Shown here piece after piece: positions 1 to 9,380 of a DNA stretch of 53,253 nt. The position numbers and the translations under genes were made by a program. The notes under the pieces were generated by a model. That model had not been told where the DNA came from, did not search any database, and was given only the letters and a program-made list of their open reading frames with translations. The stretch comes from Gekko japonicus (taxonomy: Eukaryota). The stretch lies in assembly GCF_001447785.1 (NCBI RefSeq), contig NW_015174878.1, forward strand, positions 339,886 to 393,138. Direction: 5' to 3'. The stretch's first letter is position 1, and each line of letters begins with the position of its first letter.

Positions 1-406
1 GCCAGGATGGACCACTGGTCTGACCTAGCAAGGTTCTTCTTCTGTTCTTATAGTCAGAATTGTGGGGGGACATGGCCAGTTGAAGGCCAGAGGTAACCAA
101 CAGGGAATTTTCAAATCTTCCCAAGTGATTTGCTGATTCCAATTCAAAAATGTATGAGTGCCCATCCTGAAGCAAGTAGTAAACTCACGCCCAAGTCTGT
201 CAATGTGAAAGAGAACAGGAAGGTGTTGGCGGGTCTTGGTTGCCAAGTTGTTTTCGATAGGCTACTAACCGCAGAGGAGGGAGGAAGGCCAATTAATGCA
301 ATTAAGACGTTGCATCTGTGTGAGTGAGCCTGGCATGCATGGGTAGATAATTAGGATTTTAAGATGTTGCACAAGGAAATGGGTCATGACCAAACTACTG
401 GGAGAG

Positions 407-413
407 TATAAAA
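407..413 (+). promoter_or_regulatory. TATA box of Gly/Tyr-rich gene copy 1
   Basis: TATAAAAGG ~30 nt upstream of a short exon ending at a consensus donor; the same arrangement occurs in all three paralogues. Confidence 0.85.
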
Positions 414-436
414 GGACGGTCCAACTTCAGTCCATC

Positions 437-476
437 ATCCAACAGCCTCACTTTTGCCTCTTTCTTCAGGAAACCG
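437..476 (+). other. Non-coding exon 1 of copy 1 (TSS approximate)
   Basis: Ends at CCG|GTAAGT donor (GT 477-478), has no ATG; typical SEDC 5' exon. Confidence 0.75.
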
Positions 477-1193
477 GTAAGTTCATTTTTGATCCCGTTG
501 CATTAGCGCATCTTGGAATACTTCTGTGACAATGCAGTTTTTAGTATGTGGTTGGGTCTCTCAAGACAGGTTTCAGTGGTCTTCATTTCTTCCTTTCCTT
601 AAAATGCTTCCTGCTCTCCCTCTATCTTTCTGTGTCTCTGTCTCTCTCTCATTTCATGAGAGAGATGGGTCACAAGCCTTACAATAAATACCTGAATTCT
701 TCCTGCTTGGGAACTTTGTGGCCTTGGGTCACTGAGTTACAGTTCCTAAAATACACATTCACTTCCTTCTCATAACTTTAAACTTTGAGATAATCGAGAT
801 CCTGCACTGAGCAAGGGATTGGACTAGATGGCCTGTATGGCCCCTCCCAACTCTGTGATTCCATGATTCTACTAGCTTTCTGAAAACGATCCAAAAACAG
901 AATTATCCAAGAGGTCTTTTGCAGAGGTACATAGGACGGTATGGTAACAGAACGGTCAGGAAGGGTCGTTGGTCAAGGGACCATGGCTTTCACTACTGTA
1001 TCGCTGCCTGTCACAATAAGGATGCTCCAGACTACATGGTTTCTACAAAACTTTGAGATGTTTGAGATTTCTGTCCGTCTTTAGATTGCTGTAGTCCAGA
1101 CCCTATTGTACGTTTTACTGTAATGTTCAATTTCTCACTATACAAGTACTTGTGGGTATTCAATGAAATTAATGAGCAATAGGTTTAGAAGGA

Positions 1194-1543
1194 GGAGTTG
1201 CGGGGGCTCAAGTGGTTAAGATGCTGAACTGCAGGCTGTGGAAGGTCAGTAGTTAAGCAGTTCGAGACCCGGGTGCTGCTTGATGGAGTGAGCTCTCGTC
1301 TCTAGTTCCAGCTCCTGCCAACCTAGCAGTTCAAAAGCAAGAAATTGCAAGTAGATAAATAGGTACCACTCCAGTGGGAAGGTAACAGCATTCCATGTGC
1401 CTTGGTGTTCAGTCATGCCAGCCACATGACCATGGAAATGTCTTCGGACAGTGCTGGCTCTTTGGCTTTGAAATGGAGATGAGCACCGCAACCCTAGAGT
1501 CGGATTCGACTGGATTTCGAGCAAGGGAACATTTACCTTTACT
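1194..1543 (+). mobile_element. Sauria SINE in intron of copy 1
   Basis: tRNA-like head, CTGCCAACCTAGCAGTTC core, ACCTTT-type tail; TSD TAGGTTTAGAAG (1180-1191 and 1544-1555). Confidence 0.88.
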
Positions 1544-1555
1544 TAGGTTTAGAAG

Positions 1556-1885
1556 AGATAATAGGAAGTACCTCTTCACCCAAAGAAGCGGTGGCAGCTA
1601 CAATCCTAGGCAGTTTCAAAAGGAGATTACAAAAGGATATGGAGCAGAGGTCCTTCAGTGGCTGTTAGCCACAAAGTATAGATGGAACACTGTTTCTGGG
1701 GCATTGATGCTCTGTATTCATAGTGCTTAGGGAGCAGCAGTGGGAGGGCTTCTGGAGTTCTGGCCCCACTGGTGGACCTCCTGATGGCACCATGTGTTTT
1801 TGGCCATTGTGAGTTGGACTGTCCATTGAGTGTTGGACTGGATGGGCCATTGGCCTAATCCAACATGACTTCTCTTACATTCTTA
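1556..1885 (+). mobile_element. CR1 LINE 3' fragment (also at ~12790-13165 in the duplicate)
   Basis: RKYLFTQR-type ORF2 end plus a 3'UTR matching the CR1 at 28950-29304. Confidence 0.75.
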
Positions 1886-2881
1886 CGGATGTCTCATTCT
1901 GTTGATCATACTTGACTCATGCTACATAAACCACCTTGAGTCTTACCAAGAAAGGCAAACTACAAATAACCAAATAATAATAGTAATAATATTAGAGCTA
2001 CCCATCTTAAGGACCACCAAAAGCGAGTACACTGTGTCCCTTCCTTCATTCCCATAGATCCAGATATTATCCAGATATTACACACTGCCGAAGGTGCTGA
2101 AAGTTCAGCCAGTTGATAATAACAGGATTAACTATGAGACATGCTACTAAGCATTATTAAGCTATTTTATAGCTCTAAGTTAACACAGCCATTTTAACAT
2201 AAACCAGGCTGAGCAGGGCCTTCAGCAATGTGTAAGAATGGCCCCTTTGGCTGTTGTCCATTCAGGAAGAATAAGGTGTCAGAGCCACTGGAGCAATCAG
2301 TTCCCAACAGCAGTCATTCAGAAGAATTAACGTTTATTGAGACATTAATGGGTTCCAGACTCTTAATGATTCCTTGTTAGAACTGAGGCCAAGCATGTGA
2401 AACAAGTAACTCTACCTAAATCAAACAGGGTATCAATGGCCCTGGGCCAATCGTACCTAAGCTCAAAGCCCGCCTGAATAACAGCACATAATTTTCAGGG
2501 GAAAGAGGATACCAGGGATAGTTAGGTCTCAAGGGTACATGGCAGAGTCAAGACAGATAACAGCATAGTGAGTAGAAATGAAAGTAAACATTCTTGTTCA
2601 CTCCCCTCCTCCCCAGTCTCCATGACAAACAAGCCCAAGAAGGGGCCAGGATGACATACGGTTAATTTTGGTTGAAGGGCTGAAGAGTGATTTCAATCTG
2701 TCAAATGTTGGTGAATCTACTAGCAGGGCCTTGATGTGTCTGCAGAGATAAAACAAAACAACTAAATTCCTCAATGGTGTAACTTTGTTAGATGTGTGTG
2801 AAGCTTCCCCTTCAGAGGCCAAAGTCTCCTTACATTTCTTCCATGTTGTTTCATTTCAGATCCAACTCCATCTTAATCAAA

Positions 2882-3385
2882 ATGAGCCTCTACAGACACC
2901 AAAGCTACTGGAACCCATGCCGTCGCGGAAGTTTCTCTTCTGGCAGCTGCTACGGAGGTTCCGGCCAACGCATCTCCTATTACCCGTCTTATGGCCGTAG
3001 CTGCTACCCACAGAGCTGTTACGGAGGTTCCGGCCAACGCATCTCCTATTACCCGTCTTATGGCCGTAGTTGCTACCCACAGAGCTGTTATGGAGGTTCC
3101 AGCCAGCGCATCTGCTATTACCCACAGACCTCTTATGGAGGTTATGGCCGTAGCTACTACCCACAGTCCTCCTGGGGTGGTTATGGCTACGGCTATGACC
3201 GGGGTTGTTACCCACAACAATATTACGGGGGCTACGGTTATGGCCGTCGGTATGGATCAGGGTACGGATCCAGGCGTGGCAGCATGTGTTGGGGGTACGG
3301 ATCCAGGCGCGGCAGCATCTGTTACGAGCCCTGCTACCCTATCAAACGAAGGTACAGCTGCAGCAGCATTGACGGACCCTGCTAA
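2882..3385 (+). CDS. Gly/Tyr/Ser/Cys/Arg-rich epidermal differentiation (EDC/SEDC-type) structural protein, copy 1, 167 aa (EDGY-like / keratin-associated-like)
   Basis: Acceptor TTTCATTTCAG|ATCC at 2859/2860 and ATG at 2882. By hand count about 20% Y, 19% G, 18% S, 11% R, 8% C. 23-aa internal repeats and a C-terminal GPC; conserved in two paralogues. Confidence 0.88.
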   Translation: MSLYRHQSYWNPCRRGSFSSGSCYGGSGQRISYYPSYGRSCYPQSCYGGSGQRISYYPSYGRSCYPQSCYGGSSQRICYYPQTSYGGYGRSYYPQSSWGGYGYGYDRGCYPQQYYGGYGYGRRYGSGYGSRRGSMCWGYGSRRGSICYEPCYPIKRRYSCSSIDGPC

Positions 3386-3737
3386 ACACCCGAGTGGACT
3401 TCTGATGAGATGTTAAACGGCAGACCCAATGACTCTCCAGCTGAACTTTTTCTCCCCCCCCCCGAAATGCTGAACACTAAGGAATTCCCATGGTTATTAT
3501 CGTGCATTCAGCAGTTGTCTAAATGACTCCTATGCCCGCCTCTGCGCACACCATGCTGCCTTTAATGACTGTTTCTCTAATGGACAGTCCGTGCATGTCC
3601 ATTAAAGCCCAGTGGGTCCCCCCCACCCCAATTCTGCAGGACACCTTGACAATGGATTCATCCTTCAATATTTCCATGCTGTTCTTTGGTTTGAATCCTG
3701 CAGTTGCTCGTTTTTGCAACCCGCTCTCTGTTCTCAA

Positions 3738-3743
3738 ATTAAA
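3738..3743 (+). terminator. Polyadenylation signal ATTAAA of copy 1
   Basis: ATTAAA followed by T/GT-rich sequence, positionally conserved in copies 2 and 3; an AATAAA at 3948-3953 is an alternative. Confidence 0.65.
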
Positions 3744-4187
3744 AGCTTGCTTTGCATTATGATTGCTTTTCTGGATGTCTCTTGTGTATCTTCTCTCTTT
3801 CTCTCTCTCTCTAGAAGGTCAATCAATATCCTCCGTGGAGGAAAACAGAAGGTGAAGGTTGTGTTTGCAGTCCAGTGGGAGGAAATACTGTGTGAATGGC
3901 AGGTGATATTAGGAGGAGGATGGGTTGAAGTTAGGGAATGATGCTCCAATAAAGAAAACTGTGGTTCCTAGTCGACGGGATCAGTCATTCTGAAGCAGTT
4001 CCCTTGAAAGAAAGTTTGCCATAACTCTTGGCCTTCGCCTGCAATTGATAGCTTGAGGAAAGCTCTGCATACATTTCAAATCATGATTTGCTGGGCTGCA
4101 ATCACGTTTGTTACCCAAGGAGACCCATGCCACAGTATGTATGTTTAAGTATCCCCACAGGTGCAAGTCTTTCACCCTGGTTGCAGG

Positions 4188-4380
4188 CAGTGTTCCCCCT
4201 AAGTTGAGTAAGTGTGAGCTAGCTCACAGTTTTCTAGCCTCCGGCTCACACCTTTTTTTTTTTGGTTCATAGTTCAGGGAATTGATGCTGTAGCCAAGTC
4301 GCTCACCCGCAACTTTAATGCCTGTAGTTCACAAAGTAGAATTTTTGCTCACAAGACTCCATAGCTTGGAGGGAGCATTG
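4188..4380. mobile_element. hAT-type MITE, CAGTGTTCCC family (other copies ~15470-15674, ~24992-25198, ~36559-36766, ~51231-51638, ~51714-51899)
   Basis: Terminal inverted repeats CAGTGTTCCC...GGGAGCATTG; near-perfect 8-bp TSD GTTGCAGG/GTTGCAAG; multiple copies in the window. Confidence 0.75.
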
Positions 4381-4593
4381 GTTGCAAGCCGGTGTTTCAG
4401 CCTGTGTATTCTTAGGTATGGAAAAGAGAAGAAGACAGGGGAGGAGTCTAATGCTTCACCAGGCAGTCCTTTCAATGTCTTTACCAAGAATTCAAGGAAG
4501 AAAAGAAGAGAAAGAAGGTGACTTTAAAGTCAAACCTAAATTGTAAAACATGAGTGGTAGTTAAGAATATAAGAAGATCCCTCCTGGATCAGA

Positions 4594-4869
4594 CCAGTTT
4601 GGTGTAGTGGTTACGTGCACGGACTCTAATATGGGAGAACCAGGTTTGATTCCCCACTCCTCCACCTGCAGCTGCTGGATGACCTTGGGCAAGCCATAGT
4701 TCTATCAGAACTGTCCATGAAAGAGCAATTTCTGTCAGAGCTCTCTCAGACCCACCTACCTCACAGGCTGTTTGTTGTGGGGAGAGGAAGGGAAAGGGAT
4801 TGTAAGCCACTCTGAGACTCCTCTGGGTAGTGAAGGGCGGGGTATAAATCCAAAGTCCTCCTCCTCCTC
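4594..4869 (+). mobile_element. Squam3-type tRNA-derived SINE
   Basis: CCAGTTTGGTGTAGTGGTT (A box), GGTTTGATTCCC (B box), (CCT/CTT)n tail. Confidence 0.85.
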
Positions 4870-4970
4870 ACTCAATTTTTACAGCTTTCAATTACCTGTT
4901 CTTGTTTTTGATTTTGAACTGATCCTATTGACTAGCCTAGGTTTCAAGCTCGTAGTATCTTAGCTCATGA

Positions 4971-5227
4971 TAGGCTTACCAAGTGGCGGCGGGGGATCCG
5001 CATGTCTTCACAGGATCCCTGCCACGGGGACGGCGATACGTGTTGCACCGCCGTCGCCAGGATGTGGCGCAACACGTCGCTCTGGCAACGGGGCTGTTTG
5101 GAGTCCCATTGCCAGAGCGACGCGTAGCGTCACATCCTGGCGACGGCGGGTGCACCACGTATCGCCGTCCCCGTGGCAGGGATCCTGTGAAGACATGCGG
5201 ATCCCCCGCCACCACTTGGTAAGCCTA
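4971..5227. mobile_element. Palindromic hAT-type MITE
   Basis: 257-bp near-perfect hairpin TAGGCTTACCAAGTGG...CCACTTGGTAAGCCTA; exact 8-bp TSD GCTCATGA. Confidence 0.92.
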
Positions 5228-5749
5228 GCTCATGAGGTCCAATGAAGAGCGATGTAAAGCCTTGCTTTGGGCAGAAATCCTTCCTGCCCTAATCCCCTCT
5301 TCACAAAAAGTACAAGCTTAACTCATCGCTTCAGGGCAGGTAATTTTGGGGACCGGCAAAGCTCCCAAAGAAAGTTAATACGGGTTTTAAAAAGCAATCT
5401 GCAAACATTTCCGCGACAAAGATAGAAGACAAGAGAAAGTGTTCGGGTTTCCAGCCTCCAACCGGGGCCTGGACATCTCCCATATAACAAAAGACCTCCA
5501 GACTACAGAGACCAGGTCCCCTGGAGAAAATGGCTGCTTCGGAGGGTGGCATTGTACCCCAGTGAATTCCCTCTTGGGTTTAGACCCTGCCTCTCCCAGG
5601 CTTCCTCACTAGGTCCCCAAGGATTCCCCAACCCAGAGTTGACAACTCTAAGGTTTCCACTGCACTGACTCTAGCAGATCATTACAGTGGAATGGACATG
5701 CCACACAGAAACCCACCAACTTTGCCAGAGGAACCATCGTAGGGGATGG

Positions 5750-6115
5750 TAGGGTTGTCTGGTCTCACTTGGCTGCCGGTGGGGGGATCCATCTTCTTGT
5801 GCTGGAGTTCTTTGGCATTGTCACAAAGTGTGCATGCCGCGATGATGTCACCCAGAAGTGATGTCATTGCACAGGGCAAGATGTGGGTTTTTCCTCAATG
5901 ATAGAGTTCCCCCTCAAATGATAGAGCATCCTACCACAACGTGCCCTGCACAATAATGTCACCTCCAGTCCAGATGAAATAATCGCACTGGGCACGTTGG
6001 CCGGAAGTCAGCACTTTGGGAGCGGGGTCTCCCCTGCCTGCCGGATCTGGGCCAGTGGATCAGGGGCCCTGAAAATGGTCAAACCCCCACCCCCTGTAGA
6101 GGAATGGCAAGCTTA
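5750..6115. mobile_element. hAT-type MITE (TAGGGTTG family)
   Basis: TAGGGTTG...CAAGCTTA ends; 8-bp TSD GGGGATGG/GGTGATGG. Confidence 0.65.
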
Positions 6116-6374
6116 GGTGATGGTACCATTAGAAGAATGCCACTCGTACATGGGAGTGTAGCAGGAGGTGTGCTTCGACAGGAAAGAGAGCTGCAGGCCA
6201 TGAAAGGCTGGCTTTTGAGGTAGTAGCCCATACTTTGAATTGGCCCTGAAAGACTCTGGATCTGAATCCTGAATAATCCAGAACATCCATACAGATAGCC
6301 TTCTCAGAAACTGGGAAATTCCAAGCTCCTTTTCAAGTGCACGTTCCTACATCAGATTTCCCTTATCTTTTTTT

Positions 6375-6780
6375 TGTGTAATTTTTTAAATTGAAATTTC
6401 AAACAACACAACCATACAACTAAAACTATAACTTTCTAATAACAATCAAGGTTACATTACACTATAATAACAATTATAAATTCAATAACTATCATTTTAT
6501 TAATAAGGCATTATTTCCACGTATTTGTGTGGAAGTATACATTTTAAGTTTTGATTCGTAGTAACATATTCAGAAAAAAATATAAACCATTTGTCTATAA
6601 AATTGTTAGTTTTTAACATTCCTTGAGCCACTCTTAGTTGAGTCGAAATCTTATCTGCTATGATAACATCCCATAATTTAGAATACCACTGAGATACACT
6701 TGGAACTCCTCTTGCATTCCACCTTTGGGCCAGAATAGATTTAGCTGAGTACAACATCAAAACCATTACTTCTGTTTGCT
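6375..6780 (-). mobile_element. L1/Tx1-type LINE 3' fragment
   Basis: ORF 6500-6766 (AKSILAQRW..PSVSQW..) resembles an L1 ORF2 C-terminus; A-rich 3' end. Confidence 0.6.
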
Positions 6781-7174
6781 GTCACTGTATCTCTCTCTTG
6801 ACAAGTACACACCTGATTCAACAACAGCAGCTACTGCAATGATTTGAAATGGCCCAGCTGAAACTAAGGCCTAATTGTGATCCAGCGGCATCTGGGCCAT
6901 ACCAGTTCAGACAGGGTCCACATGGCGGGGGGGGGGGAACACTTCCTACACATAGAAAACTAGCTTTTCAAGGGAAGCAAAGATAAAAACTTGCATAAGT
7001 ATATAAGAGCCATTCCATGTAGTCCAACATATTTCACACAGTAGCCAACAAGCTGCCCTAAAGGACCAAACACTGAGGGCATCCCAAAGAGGCTGATTTG
7101 CTCTGCTGTGGCTGCCTTCCAGCAGTGGTATTTAGAATGGAGGCATCTTCCTGTATATGGAGCCTCCTTTCGGT

Positions 7175-8245
7175 TACTATGGACACCATTGGTTCCAGCC
7201 TATGCGGCTCCAGATGGCTTTGCGGGATCCAAAGCCCCCTGGCAGCTCATTGGATGAGCTAGTGGAGGACTGGCATGACTGGCTCTCCACGGCCATCGAT
7301 GAGATTGCTCCCAGGCGTCCTCTCCGAACCCGTGTTAGGCGGGTGCCCTGGTATACTGAGGAGTTGCACCGGCTGAAACGAGAACTGAGACGACTAGAGA
7401 GACAGTGGTGTCGCGCTCGCGACGAGGCTTCAAGAACATCCTATAGGACGTTTATGAGATCCTATGAGATGGCAGTCAAGGCCGCAAAGAGGGAGTTCTA
7501 TGCGACCATGATTGCATTTGCTAGCTCACGCCCAGCACAATTATTTAGTACGATTCGGTCGTTGACAGCTCTGTCACAGGGCAGGCAAAACGTGAGGGAA
7601 TTGGATATCGGCTGTGAGGCATTTGCAAGCTATTTTGCAGAGAAAGTCTTGATGCTCCGCCGTGACCTCCCCGCCCCAATTGATACAGTGAGCGAACTTG
7701 AGGCCCCTTGTATGTCTTTGGTGCCGGGTTTAGTGAGTTTTAGCTCACTCAGCCTGGAGGAAGTTGACAGATTGGTCGTATCTGTGCGCCTAACCATATG
7801 AGACCTTGACCCGTGCCCCTTTTGGCTCATTAAAATGGATTGTGAGGGGTTTTGAGGTTCCCTGAGGGAGATTGTAAACAAGTCTCTCTTGGAGGGACGG
7901 TTCCCCAGGGCACTCAAGGAAGCGATGGTCCACCCTCTCTTGAAAAAAACATCTTTGGACCCGGCCAAATTGGCCAACTATCAGCCGGTGTCCAATTTGC
8001 CCTATTTGGGCAAACGTATTGAGAGAGCGGTGGTGATACAGATGCAGGGGTTTCTGGATGATGCTTCTGTCCTCGATCCCTTCCAGTCCGGCTTTCGCCC
8101 TGGTCATGGAACGGAGACTGTACTGGTCACTCTGACTGACAATCTCCGTAGGCATCTGGATCGAGGCGGTGTGGCGGCACTGTTGTTGTTGGATCTGTCG
8201 GCCATCAGTTGCTGACCCACCACCATGCCGACGTGGGGATTCAGG
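7175..8245 (+). mobile_element. L2-clade LINE ORF2 fragment (degenerate)
   Basis: PWYTEEL, HPLLKK.SLDP...NYQPVSNLPYLGK, FQSGFRPGHGTET, LLLDLSA RT motifs with stops; the element's 3' tail reappears at ~10380-10550. Confidence 0.85.
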
Positions 8246-9380
8246 TGTTAGCCGAATTGCTCCAAAAAGGAAACAATTGGTACAGTTTTTAACTTCGGGA
8301 ACAACCGTCTTTGTTTACGGAGGATGGCACTGATTCTGAGGTCCCCAATAAGAGACTGAGGCAGACTTCTTAATAATAATAATTGTTTACTAGCACACTT
8401 CACACAGTAAGCACACAACAACCACAACACACAAGAACTAGGAAATACAGAGAGAATAATTAAGCACAGTTGCAGTTTGCAGGTAACGTTGGTTGATGCT
8501 TTGGGGTATAATTACCTGGCTGCTTCTGCGTGGCTCCAAACTTCAAGCGAAGGGGTAAGGATGGGGAGAAAATGGAAAAGAATAGCGAATGGACTCAGAC
8601 CAGCTAAGACCACGTGCTAAGAAGTTCTAGCTGTGCACTGCTAGAACAAAGAGAGGGATGGGAAGGATTTGGGATAGAAAGCTGGATTGAAGGGTAAAGC
8701 AGGTTAAATAGAGGACGTAGTTTGAGAGCGCTGGGGGGTTTCAGGTAGAATGCTCAAGAGAGCGAACTGGAGGTGCATTCCTGATTATATCAAACAGGGT
8801 CAGGGGAGGAGCTGGGGCCAGGAGACCTCACCTGTGGTGAGGCGTCTGTCATAGCCAAGAGGTCTGGGATTGGCTATTGTAATTCTCTGGGAGGGCTTGG
8901 AAACTGGAGGGCAATTTGAGATCTAGTGACTAACTCAATCAAGACACCTGGGCTAGGGGTATTCGCATGTAGATGTATGACTCATCGCCATGAGGCCAGG
9001 TTGAATAGAGAGTCTTTGTGAGGACGTGCTGTCCGTTGGTGCGAGGGGGAGGGGGGTTTCAGGTATGTGACCAGGTGGCTGGTTTGAAATGGAGTCTGCT
9101 GCTTTTGTGTGACCATGTGCTTGGAACAAAATGGAGTCTGCTGCTTGCTGTGGCCCTGTGCTTAGAACAAAATGGCGTTTGCTGGACATGGGAACACCTC
9201 AGGAATAGCAACCATAAGAGGAAACAGTGTCTCTGGTATGTATCCTATTGGGAGCTCACAGCATGTCAGTTTCTGGCACAGTCTGTCATTGGCACACTTC
9301 ATCAGGTACAGCGATGGCACACTTCATCAGGTACAGTAACTCAGTTCATAAAAACACCATGGCAGGCGTGCAGGCTTACA
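8246..9380 (-). mobile_element. Endogenous retrovirus 3' LTR, with internal remnant to ~10340
   Basis: TG...CA termini; polypurine tract AAGGGGGGGAAT directly before the LTR on the minus strand (9381-9392); interrupts the L2 element. Confidence 0.65.

Larger units (their letters stand above)
1..4597 (+). repeat. Segmental duplication unit A (paralogous to 10876-~15910)
   Basis: Position 1 aligns to 10876; collinear similarity through promoter, intron, CDS, 3'UTR and downstream MITE, with indels. Confidence 0.93.

Noticed and set aside
130-327. Short ORF with shared KENRKVL peptide (also 11005-11202 and 23960-24220)
   Set aside because: Lies upstream of the TATA box; similarity is explained by conserved promoter DNA and frames are not maintained
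2792-2881. N-terminal extensions of the track ORFs (MCVKLP..., also 14075-14164 and 21193-21279)
   Set aside because: They run through the polypyrimidine tract and splice acceptor; the conserved ATG lies 22 nt into exon 2
2873-3416. Ala/Val/Thr-rich alternative-frame and antisense ORFs over the three CDSs
   Set aside because: Shadow frames of a repetitive Gly/Tyr coding sequence, with no separate promoter or splice support
4594-4665. tRNA genes at SINE heads
   Set aside because: A/B boxes belong to multi-copy SINEs; no complete cloverleaf
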